A DNA stretch of 64,000 nt from Setoptus koraiensis (Eukaryota > Animalia > Arthropoda), in the NCBI GenBank assembly GCA_048013815.1, contig CM106586.1, forward strand, positions 22,506,001 through 22,570,000, in the 5' to 3' direction. Shown here in pieces: positions 37,174-51,848 of this stretch. A program made the translations under genes and the position numbers. A model generated the notes under the pieces. That model was not told where the DNA came from and did not search any database. It saw only the letters and a program-made list of their open reading frames with translations. Each line of letters starts with the position of its first letter. Position 1 is the first letter of the stretch.

Positions 37174-39284
37174 GCTAGATATTTTACGGACGAAACGCAC
37201 AGCCAGACGAGAGCAAACAGCCCCATGTCATGAACTCCTTTTTTGTGCCATTAGAACACTCTTACAACGCACATGCATACGCTGGCAGGCTGACTGACTG
37301 ACTGGCTGGCTGGCTGGCTGGCTCGTTTGCTCAATATGCCAACCACATGCCAACAATGATAAAAAACATTTGGCCATTAGACGACGCCAAAATACGACGC
37401 CCTACGCAACTAAAAGTGTCGACTTGCCGTCCATATTGTTGGTCATCTTTTTGCAAGTCAGACAACTCCAACGCCAACAGCCACATGTAACACTCAAACA
37501 ACAACGAGCAAACTTTGATCATGTCTGACACTTTCGATGGAGATCCTTTCGCTGAACAAACATTAGCCGGCCAGTCGCCTTCCAAAGTGAAAGTTATAAG
37601 GGCCGAACCAGAGAGTTTTTATTTGAGACTTTGTCAAGCTATTGTTGCCAATGTCCATTGTTATGCTAGCACGATGTTAGCAATGGTGGTTGGTAGTGTG
37701 TGTGTGTTAGTGCTAGATTACGGATGATGTTTAACATGTTGCTGTGTTAACGGTTGTTGACACTCTGATAGTTGCTTTAGCATCAGTAGAGGAGATATTC
37801 ATCAGGTGTGAACATCACCTCAATGTGCTGTTGATTGTTGTTTTTGTTACGCTACCCCACTAACTAGAGAACTAACTGATATTGTCTACATTATTATAAA
37901 CGAAATATGTTTGTTATGATGAAGCAAGCATGTTGTGACATATCATCAGCATTAATACCACTACCACCACAGCTAGTATTTTAATGTATGTATGGATAGC
38001 TATACAACTGTACAACAACGCTCAGATGTCATGTGAGTAAGATTGAGTGCGAATAAAAGAGACCAACAAACCATTAGTACTTCATTGACATAATCGGGGT
38101 CAAAAGATACATAATACCAACAGACCACCAGCAAATAATATTTTTTTTTTGTTTTGTTTTGTAATCTATCTAGAGAAAGAGAAAAAACTTGAAGAAGAGC
38201 GCTAAGCTAGCTGGCCAGATATAGATGGCTCTGTCATAGTTCACAATATTGATGTTGGCTACTAAAAACTTTCCCTCACATCACTCCTTGCTCTGTAACA
38301 TCATTCGTTGCGTTTAATGTTGTTTAACAATTCCGTAAACTAAACACTTGTTGATAATCAAGCCCGCCAATGACATGATGATGGCTTTAGGTGAAGAGAG
38401 ATCTATGTTTGCCATCATTCACGGAAGAGAGATCTAATAGGAGAGCTGAAAGGGAGAATTGCATTTTGAATGGATCAATGAACCATTGCCCTCGGTGTGT
38501 GAGTTGTGTATGCTGTAATAGTTATCAAAACAAACCGTTTATAATCAACATCGGCAGAGAGGAGGCATAAAGAGAGCACATGATGAATTCTTTTACCTCC
38601 AACACAGATATATCATAGAAGTATATACAATATTGTATACAATTGTGTAAAAAGAAAGGCTCATAGTAAGAGTAATAGGGCAAATAACAATCAATCAACA
38701 ACAAAAACAACATACTTACGTTCATTATGACTGTTGTGATGACGACAATGATAGTTATTATGATGTTAACTGGTAGGACTAACGAGCTATGATGGGTCTA
38801 ACTTGTTAAGCTATTGAATACAATGGAGAGAAATTAGAGTGGTATCAAGCAACATGGCAAATCGATGCCAACTTGATGAATATATGAAAGTAACTCGAGT
38901 GACCAACTTTAAACTAAAGACTGATAAAACGTCGTGTTAGTTAGTTATGCTTGTGTCTATTAGGCTATCTAAAGGTTCCACTGTATTGGTTCGACCACGT
39001 CCAACAATGTGAAACGGTCAATCGATGATGACGTTATCGCTAGAAAGTTCCAATAACAACAATAGTTGTAACTATTGCTGTTTTCTCGTGATAGGGGAAC
39101 AGCAACGATAATTTTCGGACAATTTATTTACGCTTTCATAAGTCTTGAAACAATCTATACAACGATCTACATGTATCATTATCATAAATGTACATAACAG
39201 TAATTTTGTCTATACAATACCAATATAGATGAGTGATAGTCGTTTCGCCATTTATGATAATGCAAGCTGGCTCGCTTGCTTGCT

Positions 39285-39314
39285 TGTTGCTGTTGCTGGT
39301 GTTGTTGTTGTTGC

Positions 39315-39356
<42 letters not shown>
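39285..39356. repeat. (GTT)n microsatellite
   Basis: Near-perfect trinucleotide run of about 70 bp. Confidence 0.95.
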
Positions 39357-42300
39357 CCATTGGTTGACATGTGAGAGCGGCTTGGATAATTCTAGTGTCT
39401 AGACCATTGAGCTTACACTTGGACTTATTAAGATGATCATTATGATCAAAGTTGTTCTGTTAACATTGAGCTGTTGTAAATCGTATGAGCCTCGGCATTG
39501 AGAAAGCGGATAGCTTCACATTTGAGTGCATTGAGCGACAACATTAACAACAGCAACAACGACAACAACGACAACAACACAAAAACCACAGCAAAGGTAA
39601 AGCTTTAAAGGATATAACCTTAGCCCGTTGGTTAATTGCGTCATCCGGTTCCTACCAAATCAACTGTTGTGTTGCCATTGTTGTTGCCTGTTGGTTGAAT
39701 TTAAAATATTTAAACCAAGAGAAAGGAAATATAGAAATGGGATGGATTTCAGGACTTAATGGTCTATGTCAATGTTTCTCTTCTCCTGTCTTGCCCCCCC
39801 TCGTTCTTTGCTGTCTCTCTCTCTCTCCTTCTGTGGTAGATGGAGATGGTTATACATCACCAGTGCACTCAGCCAGTAACCTTACAACCAGACTTTTACC
39901 AAATATATGACACATAAACAAGGTAGAGAGCATGACCAAGTTTGAGATAAACCAGACAACTGTCTCAACTGGCTGACTGGCAATGATGGCAATGTGCATG
40001 GTTTTGAAGGAGAGTGGTTGAGTTCGAGGGTAAGTTCGAGTGTGTGTGTTGTGTGAGTGCAACAACACATGTATCTAGAAATCGACAGGTGAATAATAGA
40101 AAGAGTGAGAAGAAGAAGAAGGAAATAAGTAGGGGTATAAGTGAAACTAACTGTGGTTGTTAGTTATCAGTATATACGCCATTTGAAGAGATGACTACCA
40201 CAAACTGTTGCGCAAGGCAACAGCGCTGGCATGAGTCAAGGGTCTAGTGGTGGTAGTGGTAGTGAGCAGTGAGTGGTGAGTAGTGGTCTTGTTGTATAAA
40301 GCTTCAATTAAAAGAAATTAACTTCTGTCGCCTCGTCTCGCTGGCTGTCAGTACGATCATAGTCTGACTAGGATGTTGTGACTTTTGGTCTTGTCTTGGT
40401 TTGTGTTTAATACGATGGCGATATTGAAATCGACAACAACAGTAACAGTAACAGTTACAGTAAATAAGTGAGCCAGAGAGCCAATGAGTCAATGAGCCAG
40501 TGGTTGTCAAGTTGTAACTAACGGACACAGTTATGCCATTACCTATTGTGACTGCCATAATCACTGCTACTGCTGCTGCTGCTGCTGCTGCCATTACTTG
40601 CACGGTTGCGGCAGCACCAACAGTAGCGGCAGTGATTATAGCAACAGTTATTACATATGGCAAGCTAGCTGGCTTTAGTGTGCAGGCTAGGGGAGCTTAT
40701 GTGTATTTGCTGGCTTGTTAGGTCGAGTTATAACATGCCAGTGTTGAGGTAAAAAAGTCAGTAGAGTTAGTAGAGGGATACATCACCATTTCGGCACCAT
40801 TTATTTAGCCAGATGTAGCCAGGTTATGCGGGCGATGCTTCTTCATCGTTGGCATATGTCGCCAGCAATGGATCAACAATGGAGCAATGGTTTGTCAACA
40901 TGACAAATAGACGACGATATAGATATTATGGATGCTACGTCATGTTACTACTATCCGCGATGCTACACTAGCATCACTCATCCGCTTCCTGCATTTATCA
41001 TCATAGCCACCATTATCTATGTAACTGTCAGGCTGATGAGTATTGATTAAAGCCACTACTGGAATAGGGATGATTGCGATAAACGCTTGCACTAGACACT
41101 TGTAGCCAATCTGATTTGTCAACAACCACTTACTAGCACACACACACACACACAATCGACATGATTAAGAGGAAGAAAGAGGCTGAGATTTGTACTTGTT
41201 CCACTAGCTCTACTTGGGGCATGTTAGTCAATTTAAACAATTGTTACACAGGCCAATGTTATCGGCATGAGCACCCAAGCTGCAATTTGGCAACAAAGGC
41301 ACACACATAACGAGCATTAAGTTACATAAGATTGCTAAAAAACGGATTGTAAGACGACAAGTAAATAGGTATCGCGCGGTATGTGATTGCATGATGAGAC
41401 AAAGGCCAACCTTGCAAAGGAACACTGTTTATCGCAAACAATTTGTGTGCGTTCTCAGGGTCTTGCCATCGAGCAATCAGACCATCATCTGTCCATCATG
41501 CCATCAAGCCATCAAGCCATCGTGTCATCGCATTAATAAAACAATAAAACAAATAAACGTTGTGCGTGCAATATCAAGATTAGAATGACACAATTATGTA
41601 ATGGTGACAGTAATAATATCGATAGTATTATTACATGCTGTAATACATGCTGTAGCAATGCGGTTGGCAAACGGAATAGCAAGATTTCACAAGCGAGCCA
41701 TTGCAGCCAAACAGCCAAAGGGAGCTGGGGTCGCCGAAGAGCTGACAAATGAGCTTGTAAGAGATGGGAAAATAAACGACAGAGAGATAAATTGGATGAA
41801 GAGATAAATAATGATAGAGAAATGTTCGAGAAATGCCATTGTAACAAAGAATGAGATGAGGTTGAGGATATGAATGTGAGTCATATCCTTGTCCTCTATT
41901 GCTTTTGCCAATAGAGCACAAAGTGAGAAAAGTTTGTTGCTTTTTTGTTGGTCTGGTCGCCGGTTGACGAAGGCTGCCAGAGCTTTCTTTTAGCGTGCGA
42001 TCATGGATGGTTAATGTCAATGGTGAACCTTGAATCTTCTTTATTTCTGTCACTATTTCTTCATTGATTTATGATGATAGTTGTTTTAGTTGGTAATTGT
42101 TGGCGTTGTTGTTTGCATTGGTAGCTGGCAATTGAATAGAGCGAGCTGGTATAGAAATAAACAACCACAACAACAAGCCAATGTCAGTTTCCTTGATCTA
42201 CTTACAGTTATTGTTGTTACGTATAACATTAAACGTTAGTTATCAGTGCAGAGCAACAGTGAGAGTAATCTTAAGTCGTCAAGTCAGATGATCCCAGTTA

Positions 42301-43056
42301 TAAAGTCACAGTGTGTGTCTGTAGAGCAAGAGCATTTTTCGGCTGGAGGCTTCGCCTTGCTCAGATTGCTCAGATTGCTCAGATCAAGATCAAAGTGTGA
42401 TAAAAACAACAACGACAACAACAACATTATTTGTTTTATCTTGTTGTATACATGTTAATAGGTTGAGTAACGTTAGCGAAAAGTTAGCGACGTAAGACTT
42501 TATGGGCACAAGCGCGTCCATCTTCACTAACAAGCTTGTTGCAAGCCCAACAACTGTTATTGTCTAACATGTCTATTTGGTAGTGATAAACAACAACTAC
42601 GGGATACCCACAGGCCAATTATTAGTTGGTGTTGGACCTTGATCGATCGCTGCTTCTGGTTCGCATTCTTCCTTGTTTTTTGTCTGGCTTGCTTTCTTTA
42701 TCCGTTTACCTGTCATTGTGTGTGTGTGTGTGTGTGTTGATACTAAATTAGTCAGTGCTCAGCAGAGAGAAGCCACCATTGCAAATAATGATCAAGGTTA
42801 CCTGAGTTGAGTGAGTGTAGTGAGCACAGTGAGTGTGTGTGTGTCTCTAGGATGAATGATATTTGAAAAGTGTCGGCGTTGGTAGTGTGTGGTTTGGCCG
42901 ACTCCAGTTTGCCCAATCCGAGTGTGTGTGTGTGTGTGTGTGTGTGTGTTGGGCAACAAGTGCCTTAGAGAAACAACTCATTCATATTATGCGATCAACC
43001 GTTACTTTTGTTTCTTGCCACTTGTCTGTCGCTACACGGCCAGCCAGCCACTTGGC

Positions 43057-43715
43057 AACAACGACAACAACAACGACAGCAACAACAACGACAGCAACAA
43101 CAACAACGACAGCAACAACAACAACGACAGCAACAACAACAGCAACAACGACAGCAACAACCATAACAGCCCCCATGGTAGATATTTCATGAAGGTCGTC
43201 TCGGTTTGCTAATGCACCGCCACCACCACAAGTAACATTTCAACTGGGATAGTGTCTTTTATGATCTCTCTTGTTTTACTACTGCTAGACCTTAGTTTGC
43301 TGCCGTAGTATCAACTGGGTCACACTGTTGGCTGTTTAAACTGGCGAGACTGTTGTTGTTGCCGCTGCTGCTGTTGTCTATGTCGTTGTTAGACAAGCGA
43401 CTGCTTCCATGATACAACATTCAATGACAACAGCAACAGCAACGACAACACACAGCAACAGCAACAACGACAACAAAGACAAATCAACAATAATGATCTT
43501 GAAGACGACCGAGTTGGCTTGTTGTGTGCGATTGTTGTTGTCTAGTTGTGATGACGGCGGCCATGGCCGACATCAGCATGGCCATCGCTGTTGTTGTTGT
43601 TGTTGTCGGTATGGTTGTTATGGAAAAGCCTTTAAAGCGACAATTGCAACTACTACACATAGTAAAGGTTGTTGTGGTGGCGGTGGCAGTACCAGTTGAG
43701 CCAGCAACAACAACG

Positions 43716-43746
<31 letters not shown>

Positions 43747-44045
43747 CTACGACGACGACTACGTATAACAATAATTTACTTTCCTCACTACTACTCAATG
43801 CTCTTGGTGGTGCAATCACGCTCGCTCAATTGATCGTTATCGACGACTAGACACAAACACACAACAACACTGGCTCGACTGTTTGACTGCAACGCTGCAA
43901 TGCCACCACTGCCAGTCGTAGTAGTAGTAGTTTAGTTATGTAAGCCCACGACTTTCTCACACGGATTACACAACATCCACAACAAGCGAAAACCCACAAC
44001 AAGCGAGAGTGCACTGCTGATAAATGTATCCAATGTAACCAATCA

Positions 44046-44076
<31 letters not shown>

Positions 44077-44090
44077 GCTGTTGTTGTTGC
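43057..44090. repeat. Cluster of AAC/GAC/AGC trinucleotide tracts (about 43057-43145, 43704-43765, 44046-44090)
   Basis: Read directly from the sequence. They generate spurious poly-T/V/N/Q ORFs. Confidence 0.9.
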
Positions 44091-44983
44091 TTGTCGTGGC
44101 GGAATGGCATTCACCTTGTTGAGTGTGTGTCCATTGGTATCGCCATCGCCATGAGTAGTGATAGTGATACCAATAGAATGCTCTGGCAAAAAAGCCACAC
44201 TGTCACCTGTCGCAATGGCAGGCAAGGTGACAAGGCTGGCCGCTGGCTCGTTTCGATAAAGTTGACGAGCCCACCTAAGAGTCTCGCTTGCCATTATACA
44301 GCGCAGTTGGCACTGTTGTGATAATGGTGAATTGCTATCCCCTGTAACTAGTCGGGAAATAGGCATCACGAGCGTGAGTAATAGCTGTGTGAGTATGCTT
44401 ATATCGATGATATAATGTCGCAAGCCCAACACACTTGCGTTCGCCGCCTCAACCGGATGTGCGGACAAGCCAGCAACTAACAAGCAAGGAACTAACATCA
44501 GCCGAAAAATCAGCTTGTTAGCTTGATAGATGGCAGCAGCCGGGTGTAATTGGCATTTTAATTTGTAAAATGATTACTAAATTAAAATGCGATGATCGAG
44601 CGATTGTCGGCTTGCGCAACGAGCCCAAGTGAAACAATGTGAATAATAAGGCGAGACAACAGATATTGACGCGAAGGTGTGTGTATATTTGGTAAAATTG
44701 CAATTGTGTTTATTCTAGACATTTTGGTTAAAGTTGTACTAAGAGATGAATGTATTTGCGTCGGCTTCATGAGTCTCAATAGTGAGGGTTGTCTGTCAGA
44801 TACATCTTTATCATTGTTTCGTTCATCTTCTATGAAGAATACAACTAGTTGTAGTAGTAGTGGTAGAATTGGTAAATTATAATAATAATAGGTCCACGCG
44901 CAGATTCTGGGCGGACTTTGTCGTCTTTGTTTTTGTATGTTTGCTTGCTTGTGTTTTCCTAATGAAAAAAATCTTTTGCTTTG

Positions 44984-46510
44984 TTAAAACATGTAGCTTT
45001 GTTTGGCTGTGTCTTGATATAGGAGGTAATCTTTGAGGGCCAATGGTAGGCTTAGTTCGTGGTAAATGAGATTTAATTTTGCGCCAGCAAATTGTCTAAT
45101 ATTAGTCCTACAAATGTCCTTTAGAGGCATAGGCTCTGGGTCTAAACCGTTCAGGTATCGCAACGTTATTTCGCAGTGTCCCCACACCGCGCTCACTATT
45201 GGATATAGTTTTTTGCCCTTGAGTCCGCGAAATGCAACACCCAAATATTGGCCGTCAACAACAAAGCTCATGGTGCCCTCGTCCATGTCTAACACTAACA
45301 AAAATTTATCTGGCACAATGAAGGTCTCGTCTGGATTTAAGTGGCTAGGATAGGTGACACTGGGCTCGTTTTTGTAGTCGTGATACAGCTTGTTTCGGCC
45401 CAGGTCCCAGCCCCACGATTCTTTGTCGGCCCCAACCAAACTCTGGTAACCATTACAATGTAAAGCTGCCTGGCTCGTAGCCACACCGAGCACGGCGTGG
45501 GTGCCGCGCTGCTGCGAAGCCCAGGTAATTTCCCAGACGTGCAAACCGCGACTGTAGCCCTGTTTGCCCCTAATACAATCGGTACTTTGAGCAACAGGGT
45601 GCCTGTGCAGCGTGAGCTTATCACTTTCTTTGATGAACACGTTCAACGATCTGTCTTCTGGGTTCCACGAGTTCTTTTCGGCCACGTCCAGCGGACAGGG
45701 CGGCATGTCCAGTATGGCGTCTAGTCTAGATGATTTTTGTAGATCAATCATGGTTTGTGAGGGCGTGAAATTTTGAAATGGCGACAAAGAGTTGATATCA
45801 CTGTGGTGGTTGTTGTTTATGAGATGGGGTTGTGGTTGTTGTTGTTGTTGACCTATCGTAAGTTGACTATTGCCGCGATGGCTGTGGGGCTGCTGCTGTT
45901 GGTGCTGTTGTTGTTGGTGTGATGGGGCCGCTGGGTGGCCGTTGGGCGCCGACATGTGAATGTGGTGGTTGTGACGATGGTGTGGTGGTGGCTGGTGAGG
46001 TGGTGTGATTGTTTGCTGGTGCTGATTGTTGCTATCAATTACTAAACTGTGACTGGTTGTTTGCGATGACGCTACATTGCCCATGGAGGTCGCTGCCGGC
46101 TGATTGGGATCGTGATTGGGATTAAATAAATGATGGCCAGCCATGGGGGCCTGGTGATGGTGACTATTGGGAGACATGGAATTGGGGCAACTGTGTGTTG
46201 TGTTGACTTGAGGTTGCGATTGAGGTTGTTGCTGTTGCTGTTGTTGATTCTGATGAGTATCTTGTTGTTGCGATTGTCTCAATTGTTGTTGTTGCTCGCT
46301 GGTGGCGCTGTTTTGCTGTTGTTGCGGCTGTTGTTGCGGCTGTTGTTGCGGCTGTTGCTGGCTAAACGACGACGATGTTGATCTCGCTGTTGATTGTTGA
46401 GACTGATGCTTCGCACTAATAGTCTGGTGTCTATTATTTTTAGTGGTTGAATGGCGAGGATCAACAGTAAAAAGTTTAGTCAGATACGTTTTAAGCTGGC
46501 TAGTCTTCAT
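44984..46510 (-). CDS. SPSB: SPSB/gustavus-like protein, copy B, 508 aa, with long Q/H-rich N-terminus; alternative start MGNVAS at 46084
   Basis: Same SPRY and SOCS-box motifs as copy A; the core is nearly identical to copy A at nucleotide level. Confidence 0.95.
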   Translation of the reverse strand: MKTSQLKTYLTKLFTVDPRHSTTKNNRHQTISAKHQSQQSTARSTSSSFSQQQPQQQPQQQPQQQQNSATSEQQQQLRQSQQQDTHQNQQQQQQQPQSQPQVNTTHSCPNSMSPNSHHHQAPMAGHHLFNPNHDPNQPAATSMGNVASSQTTSHSLVIDSNNQHQQTITPPHQPPPHHRHNHHIHMSAPNGHPAAPSHQQQQHQQQQPHSHRGNSQLTIGQQQQQPQPHLINNNHHSDINSLSPFQNFTPSQTMIDLQKSSRLDAILDMPPCPLDVAEKNSWNPEDRSLNVFIKESDKLTLHRHPVAQSTDCIRGKQGYSRGLHVWEITWASQQRGTHAVLGVATSQAALHCNGYQSLVGADKESWGWDLGRNKLYHDYKNEPSVTYPSHLNPDETFIVPDKFLLVLDMDEGTMSFVVDGQYLGVAFRGLKGKKLYPIVSAVWGHCEITLRYLNGLDPEPMPLKDICRTNIRQFAGAKLNLIYHELSLPLALKDYLLYQDTAKQSYMF

Positions 46511-49500
46511 TGTAGGACGATTAAATGGGCAATGAGTGAGATATTTGCAAATGTGCTCCTATTATATATATGATTGCTTGGTTGGCGCATGCGCACACCA
46601 GCCAAACGAGGCTGCAATCATGTGTTTGCTGCCGTTCAAAGTTCGAACTCGGAACTGTTGCCGTTGTGCGCGCTGTTGTTGTGCGCACACTTTGTACATT
46701 TTGTGCCATTTGGTACAGTTTGCGCACTTGCTGCGTGGTTGCGTGGTTGCGTGGCGCTGTGGCTCTGTGGCGGTTGCGCACGCCAGCCTGTTGTTCTTTC
46801 CCAACATAACAAGCCGCCGACCGCACCGAGTGCTCAACACAGCGTTCAATTTGCACAAACTGTGCCGACGGCCACCGGCTGTGCCGGCGACAATTTGCGC
46901 TCGAAAGTTGCCCGATCAAAATGCACCAACACGATCTAGCCAGCAACAAGTGCATTGTTGTTGATACTAGAGAACGCAGGCCAGAGAACGCCAGCCAGAG
47001 AACGCAGGCCACTAACAGTGTTCGGTGGCCGGGCCAACTGGCTGGGCCGGACAAGTGCAAAGGCAGCGAGTGACAAGTGACAAATTGTCGGCACAATAAC
47101 GCGACCGACCGGCTCGCAACGATCGACTGCGCGCGAGCGACAAAATTTATGGCACAATCGCAACGGCTGCCAAGCTGCCACCGCCATTGCCATGGATAGT
47201 GGCTGTGGATATGGCATGGATATTCACGGTGTGGCCGGCATCGCATGAGACCGCGATGATGGGAGCGGTATCGCATGAGCATCATGCCGTGAGCGCAGTA
47301 TCACGCCAGAGTATCGCACCACTTTCGCTGTCGGCGTGGCCACTAACAATCGGCGAACTGGTGGGCGAGCAATGGCGAGTGATGGCGAGCAATGGCGAAT
47401 AATGGCGAGCAATGGCGAAACTCGTATAACTCGCTTACAATGTTGCGAGTTATACGAGTCCCGAGCACCGGCCAGCGACTCTCGCGAGACACAGTGCGGC
47501 TAACTGTCCCGTGTTGTGCCGTTTGTTGTGCGCTGTGCCGGCCCGCCACCGACACACATACGCCACATTGATACATACGCCACATTGATACACACATCAC
47601 ATGCTAACCATTTACAGGTGCCGCTGTTCCCGGGCCGGCGCACTGTTCTGGCGCACATTATTACTTTGTCGTGTGCCCGACGACAAACTGGCACTAACAA
47701 CACCAACTAACCGACCTTTAACGAGCCGCCACTCATGTGCCCCAGCCAGCCAGCCAGACAGCCAGACTGCCATTCTGTGCGAATTGGGCGCGCCAAGGCG
47801 CGCACAGACTGCGCGGGCTTGGCTGCATTGGCAGTGCGCGCGCGTTTGGCAAGCTAGCACGCGCCGCCGCCGCACGCAACAAGTGTCATCGCAGCAGTGC
47901 AAACAATGCGCACAACGCACACACACACAACGCACGACGCACACACACAACGCACGACGCACACACACACGCGACATGACAACAAATACCGGTACAAAGT
48001 GCTGCCGTTCGACTAGCTGGCTCGACTGGCTGGCTCGTCGTGGAATTAGCCGGCCGATGGTTGGTTAGTTAATTAGTTATTTTATTGTTGTTATTCAAGA
48101 TCGTTTAACTGTGCGGCTGGCGCTCGAAGCTCGAGCGGGCCAACCAGCCAGCCAGTTGGCACAACGAGCTCGGCTTGTGTGTCGCTCTGGCACGAGCCCA
48201 ACAGACGATCGCTTGCGAGAGCACCTCTAATCCAATATTTCATCGCAAATTAGTTGAGCAAAATAACGAGCAATAATGGTGCGATCTGCCTCCCTCTCTC
48301 CCCTGTTGATCAATTACAGCCAACACACACACACACACACACACACACTGCCATAATGGTGTTACTGTTGCAGGTAATATCCTTAATGGTAAATCGGTGG
48401 TGTTATCAGTTTGCTTATCACACTGTCGGCGCTTCTGTTTGCCCTCCCCAGTCTGTTATTTCTAATTTCAACAGTGTGTGTGTGTGTGTGTGTGTCATAT
48501 CTGGCTGTTGCTGGTGCAACAAACAACCACAACAACTGGTCTGACGTTGTTGCGCGTTGTTGCGCGTTGGCCTGTCTCAGGTGGTCGCCCCCACTTTCCA
48601 TTTATCCGCCTCTGCGCGCGCGCGCCATTTTAGCCAATAGCAGCCACGCACAACAATGCGCGCCGTTCGTGTTCGATCGAATCCAATCCTTCGAATGCAA
48701 TCCTTCGAATCGTTTTCGATCGAGCCGGCATCTGTGTGTGCTGCCCAAACTGCGCATGCTATCTAAATACTATCTAAGCCTTCTGATTCGCAACTTCTCT
48801 GTCTGAACTGTCTGTACGGCCATCGATGGTTGCCAGCGTGCACGTACTGCCGCCATATCTTACAAAGAGCTCACAGTGAGCCTACAGTGAGCTTACAGTG
48901 AGCTTACAGTGAGCGTATTTCTTGTTAGGTATACACCGACTCACAAATTGCGAGTCACAATACGACATACGGTGTAGGATATGCACCGAATGTGTAGTAT
49001 AGATAGGCACGGATAGGTGTAGTGTCTCTGCTCAATTGTTTGTCGACCTTGAACAGGTGAGCGCTGAATAGGTAGCGGCCAGGTAGGGGCTAGCCAGTGA
49101 GTGGAGAGTGGCGCGATCGGGGGGACACGCGCACACTGATATAGACTGACATAGACTGGGACACAGGCTGGGATAGACAGACTTTTTAGACACTCGCAGA
49201 GACAGTAAATCTGTGCCTGCTTTAGTTAGTCGCTGGTGGTGCCCTTCCGAAAGAGTCTTTCAATCTACTGCAACGACAACAACAACGACAACAACAACAA
49301 CGACAACAGCAACGACAGCACCGACAACGACAGCAACCACCAAACTGGCTTGCGCTCGGCGCTCGGCGCGCGGCGATAGTTGATCTGGCTTGCGAGCGAA
49401 AGCGAGAGCAAGTAAAGAAACTGAAAACTAGACGACGACAACAACAACAAAGTCGACGACCAAGATTTATTTAGAAACAACAATCAGCGCCAACAATAAT

Positions 49501-49911
49501 GATAACGACACACACTCGCACAGGTAATACATATGAGGAGAGCAGGTTGAGAACTACTCATTATTATTCACCTTTACTTAATGGCTGCCGCCGCTGCTGC
49601 TATATCAAGCTATATCAAGCTATATCAAGCTATATCAAGCTGTATCGAGCTATATCAAGCTATATTAAGCTACATCGAGCCGTGCCAGCAGCGAGTAGAG
49701 GGCACCACCACTTTGCCTCCATCACTCAACACTGTGCCTGGCTGGCGTGTATCTCGGCTGGCTGGCTCGCTGGCAATTGAGCTCGCTGGCGGTTCGGCTC
49801 GCTGGCAATTTGGCGCTGCCAGCCAGCTAGTGACCGTGGGCTGCTCAACGCGCGCGCGCGCGCGCGCCGGCCTCCAAATTCAAGGTCGCGTTTGGGCAGC
49901 GCCTGTCGCCT

Positions 49912-49996
49912 ATCTCGAAATATCTCAAATCTCGAAATATCTCAAATCTCGAAATATCTCAAATCTCGAAATATCTCAAATCTCGAAATATCTCAA
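49912..49996. repeat. Five tandem copies of the 17-mer ATCTCGAAATATCTCAA followed by degenerate sub-units
   Basis: Units begin at 49912, 49929, 49946, 49963 and 49980. Confidence 0.95.
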
Positions 49997-51848
49997 ATAT
50001 CTCAAAATATCTCAAATATCCCAGCCAGCCCCTGACAGGGCTGGCAATGCGTTGCCGGCGATGGGCGAGGGCGCGACAAGTGCTGATCGAGTTGAAGAAA
50101 CGGCGTCACACACACAAACGTTTCGACACAAACACAAAGGCCGCGTCTTGATTGGCGTCTTGCCAGCGCGTCGACGCTAATCAAGCCGCACCAATAAAAC
50201 ACTAATAAGTGCGCCTTCGATAATACGCATAATCCGTCTCTGTCCCGGCTGTGGCTTGATCACTTTTGATAACTTTTGATCGAGAGTTTCGATCATCACA
50301 AGTGATGTGTGTGCAAACGATGAATAAATTACCATCACCTCACATCACGCTGTTGTCATACCGCATACTCTACTGGCAAGTTGTCAGTAGAGTTGACTGT
50401 TGCGCTGTATCGTCTTGCCAATATGCGAGCCTTATCAGGCCTCGCACAGGTACAGGTAAGCTAGCAGTGTAACTAACACTGTGTAGGGTGTTGCGAGTGT
50501 CGAGCCACAGGTAGTGTGCGCACCGTGGCTACAAAGTGGCTGCTTGTTTATCACCAATGGTTAATTGGGACGCAGAGCCGAGCCGAGCCACTTGCGAGCC
50601 GCGGCTCATCCAGTCACTTGTGGCTCGTCGAGCCGCTCGCTCGCATGCCACGGGCATCGCATGTGATCGGGCCGGCATCTGCGCCAATCGCGTCGGGCCC
50701 GCACCGAAATGTGTGACGGGCGCCCGTTGCGACGTCTGGCGTGTTCGGGTCGCTCGCGCCGGCCGACGTGCCGCCGGCCATCGGGCAGCGCGTCCAATTG
50801 CACACGTCGCTGCTGTCGGCCGCCGCTGCTGTCGACCGAGGGCACCGATGGCGAGCAGCGGCAGCTGTCTCTCGTGCCCGTTTGTTTGTTATTGGTCGAA
50901 GCCATCGGAACGCGCGGTTCGCGGCTCGCCGTTCGCCGTTCGCTGCTCGAACTCGGCACGGCCGCTCGAACGGGTCGAGCCGCGTTCGAGCCGCGTTCGA
51001 ACGCTCGAGCGTTCGGGCCAACGGTGCACTCGAACGCTGCCGATGTGCGGATCGGGCACGCGCTGCTCGCCCGACCAGCGGCGGCCACTGTCCGGCGCGG
51101 CCAAACATAAACGTATGTGCACAAACACAAATACATATACAAATACAATCGGCAGAAATGGCCACGTCGGGCCGGCGTGATCCAGTGGCGCACATAGACG
51201 CGGTGCCAGTTGAGCGAGTTGCCTGCTCGCGAAACAGCTGGCGACTCGGAAATGTGTACGCCGGGCATCGTAAACGCCAAGTGGTGCAAGCAGTGTAATC
51301 ACGTAAGTGGTCGGCCTAAAGGTGCGCACATTCGACGCCGGCCGTTCGACGCTGGCCGTTCGACACTGGACGTTCTGCATTGGACGTTCTACATTGGACG
51401 TTCTACATTGGACGTTCGGCGTTCTTCGTTCGGCGTTCGAAATGCGAATTCGCAATGCGCGCATACGAGCGTATGAGCGTATGAGCGTATGCGTATTAGA
51501 GTGGCCATGCGACGGGACGCCGGCGACGGCCCGGCTGACGCTCTGTGACGAGGCCAGCGAGTGGCACGGAAGAACACGGACAGATGTTGGCAGCGGCGGG
51601 CATCATTAGATGCAGCGACAGCAACAGTTGAGTCAACCGAGTTGGGCCGGGTTGGCCAACGCACGCTCTCGGTCGGTCGCCGGCACCGGCGACACCGCAG
51701 AGAAGCCGTCGAAGCCAGCTCAGAGAAGCCGGCGCAGAGAAGCCGGCTCAGAGAAGCAGAGAAGCGGCCAACAGCGGAGCGCGTGACAATGGCCCGAAGA
51801 AGCCTGCTTATCCGCTCCGATCCCGTCGCTCGCATGAGCCACTAATGG

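Noticed and set aside
37331-37727. Short ORFs including a minus-strand frame LWFGPYNFHFGRR reminiscent of neuropeptides
   Set aside because: No signal peptide or precursor architecture; only 31 codons long.
41391-44498. Several 60-150 aa ORFs between the SPSB copies
   Set aside because: Driven by trinucleotide repeats, with no domain evidence.
48661-48725. GTTCGA-containing stretches as possible tRNA T-loops or heat-shock elements
   Set aside because: No cloverleaf can be built, and GAA/TTC spacing does not form a clean nGAAnnTTCn array.
49912-50020. Regular repeat that might suggest a CRISPR array
   Set aside because: Head-to-tail 17-mers with no unique spacers, no cas genes, and a eukaryotic context.
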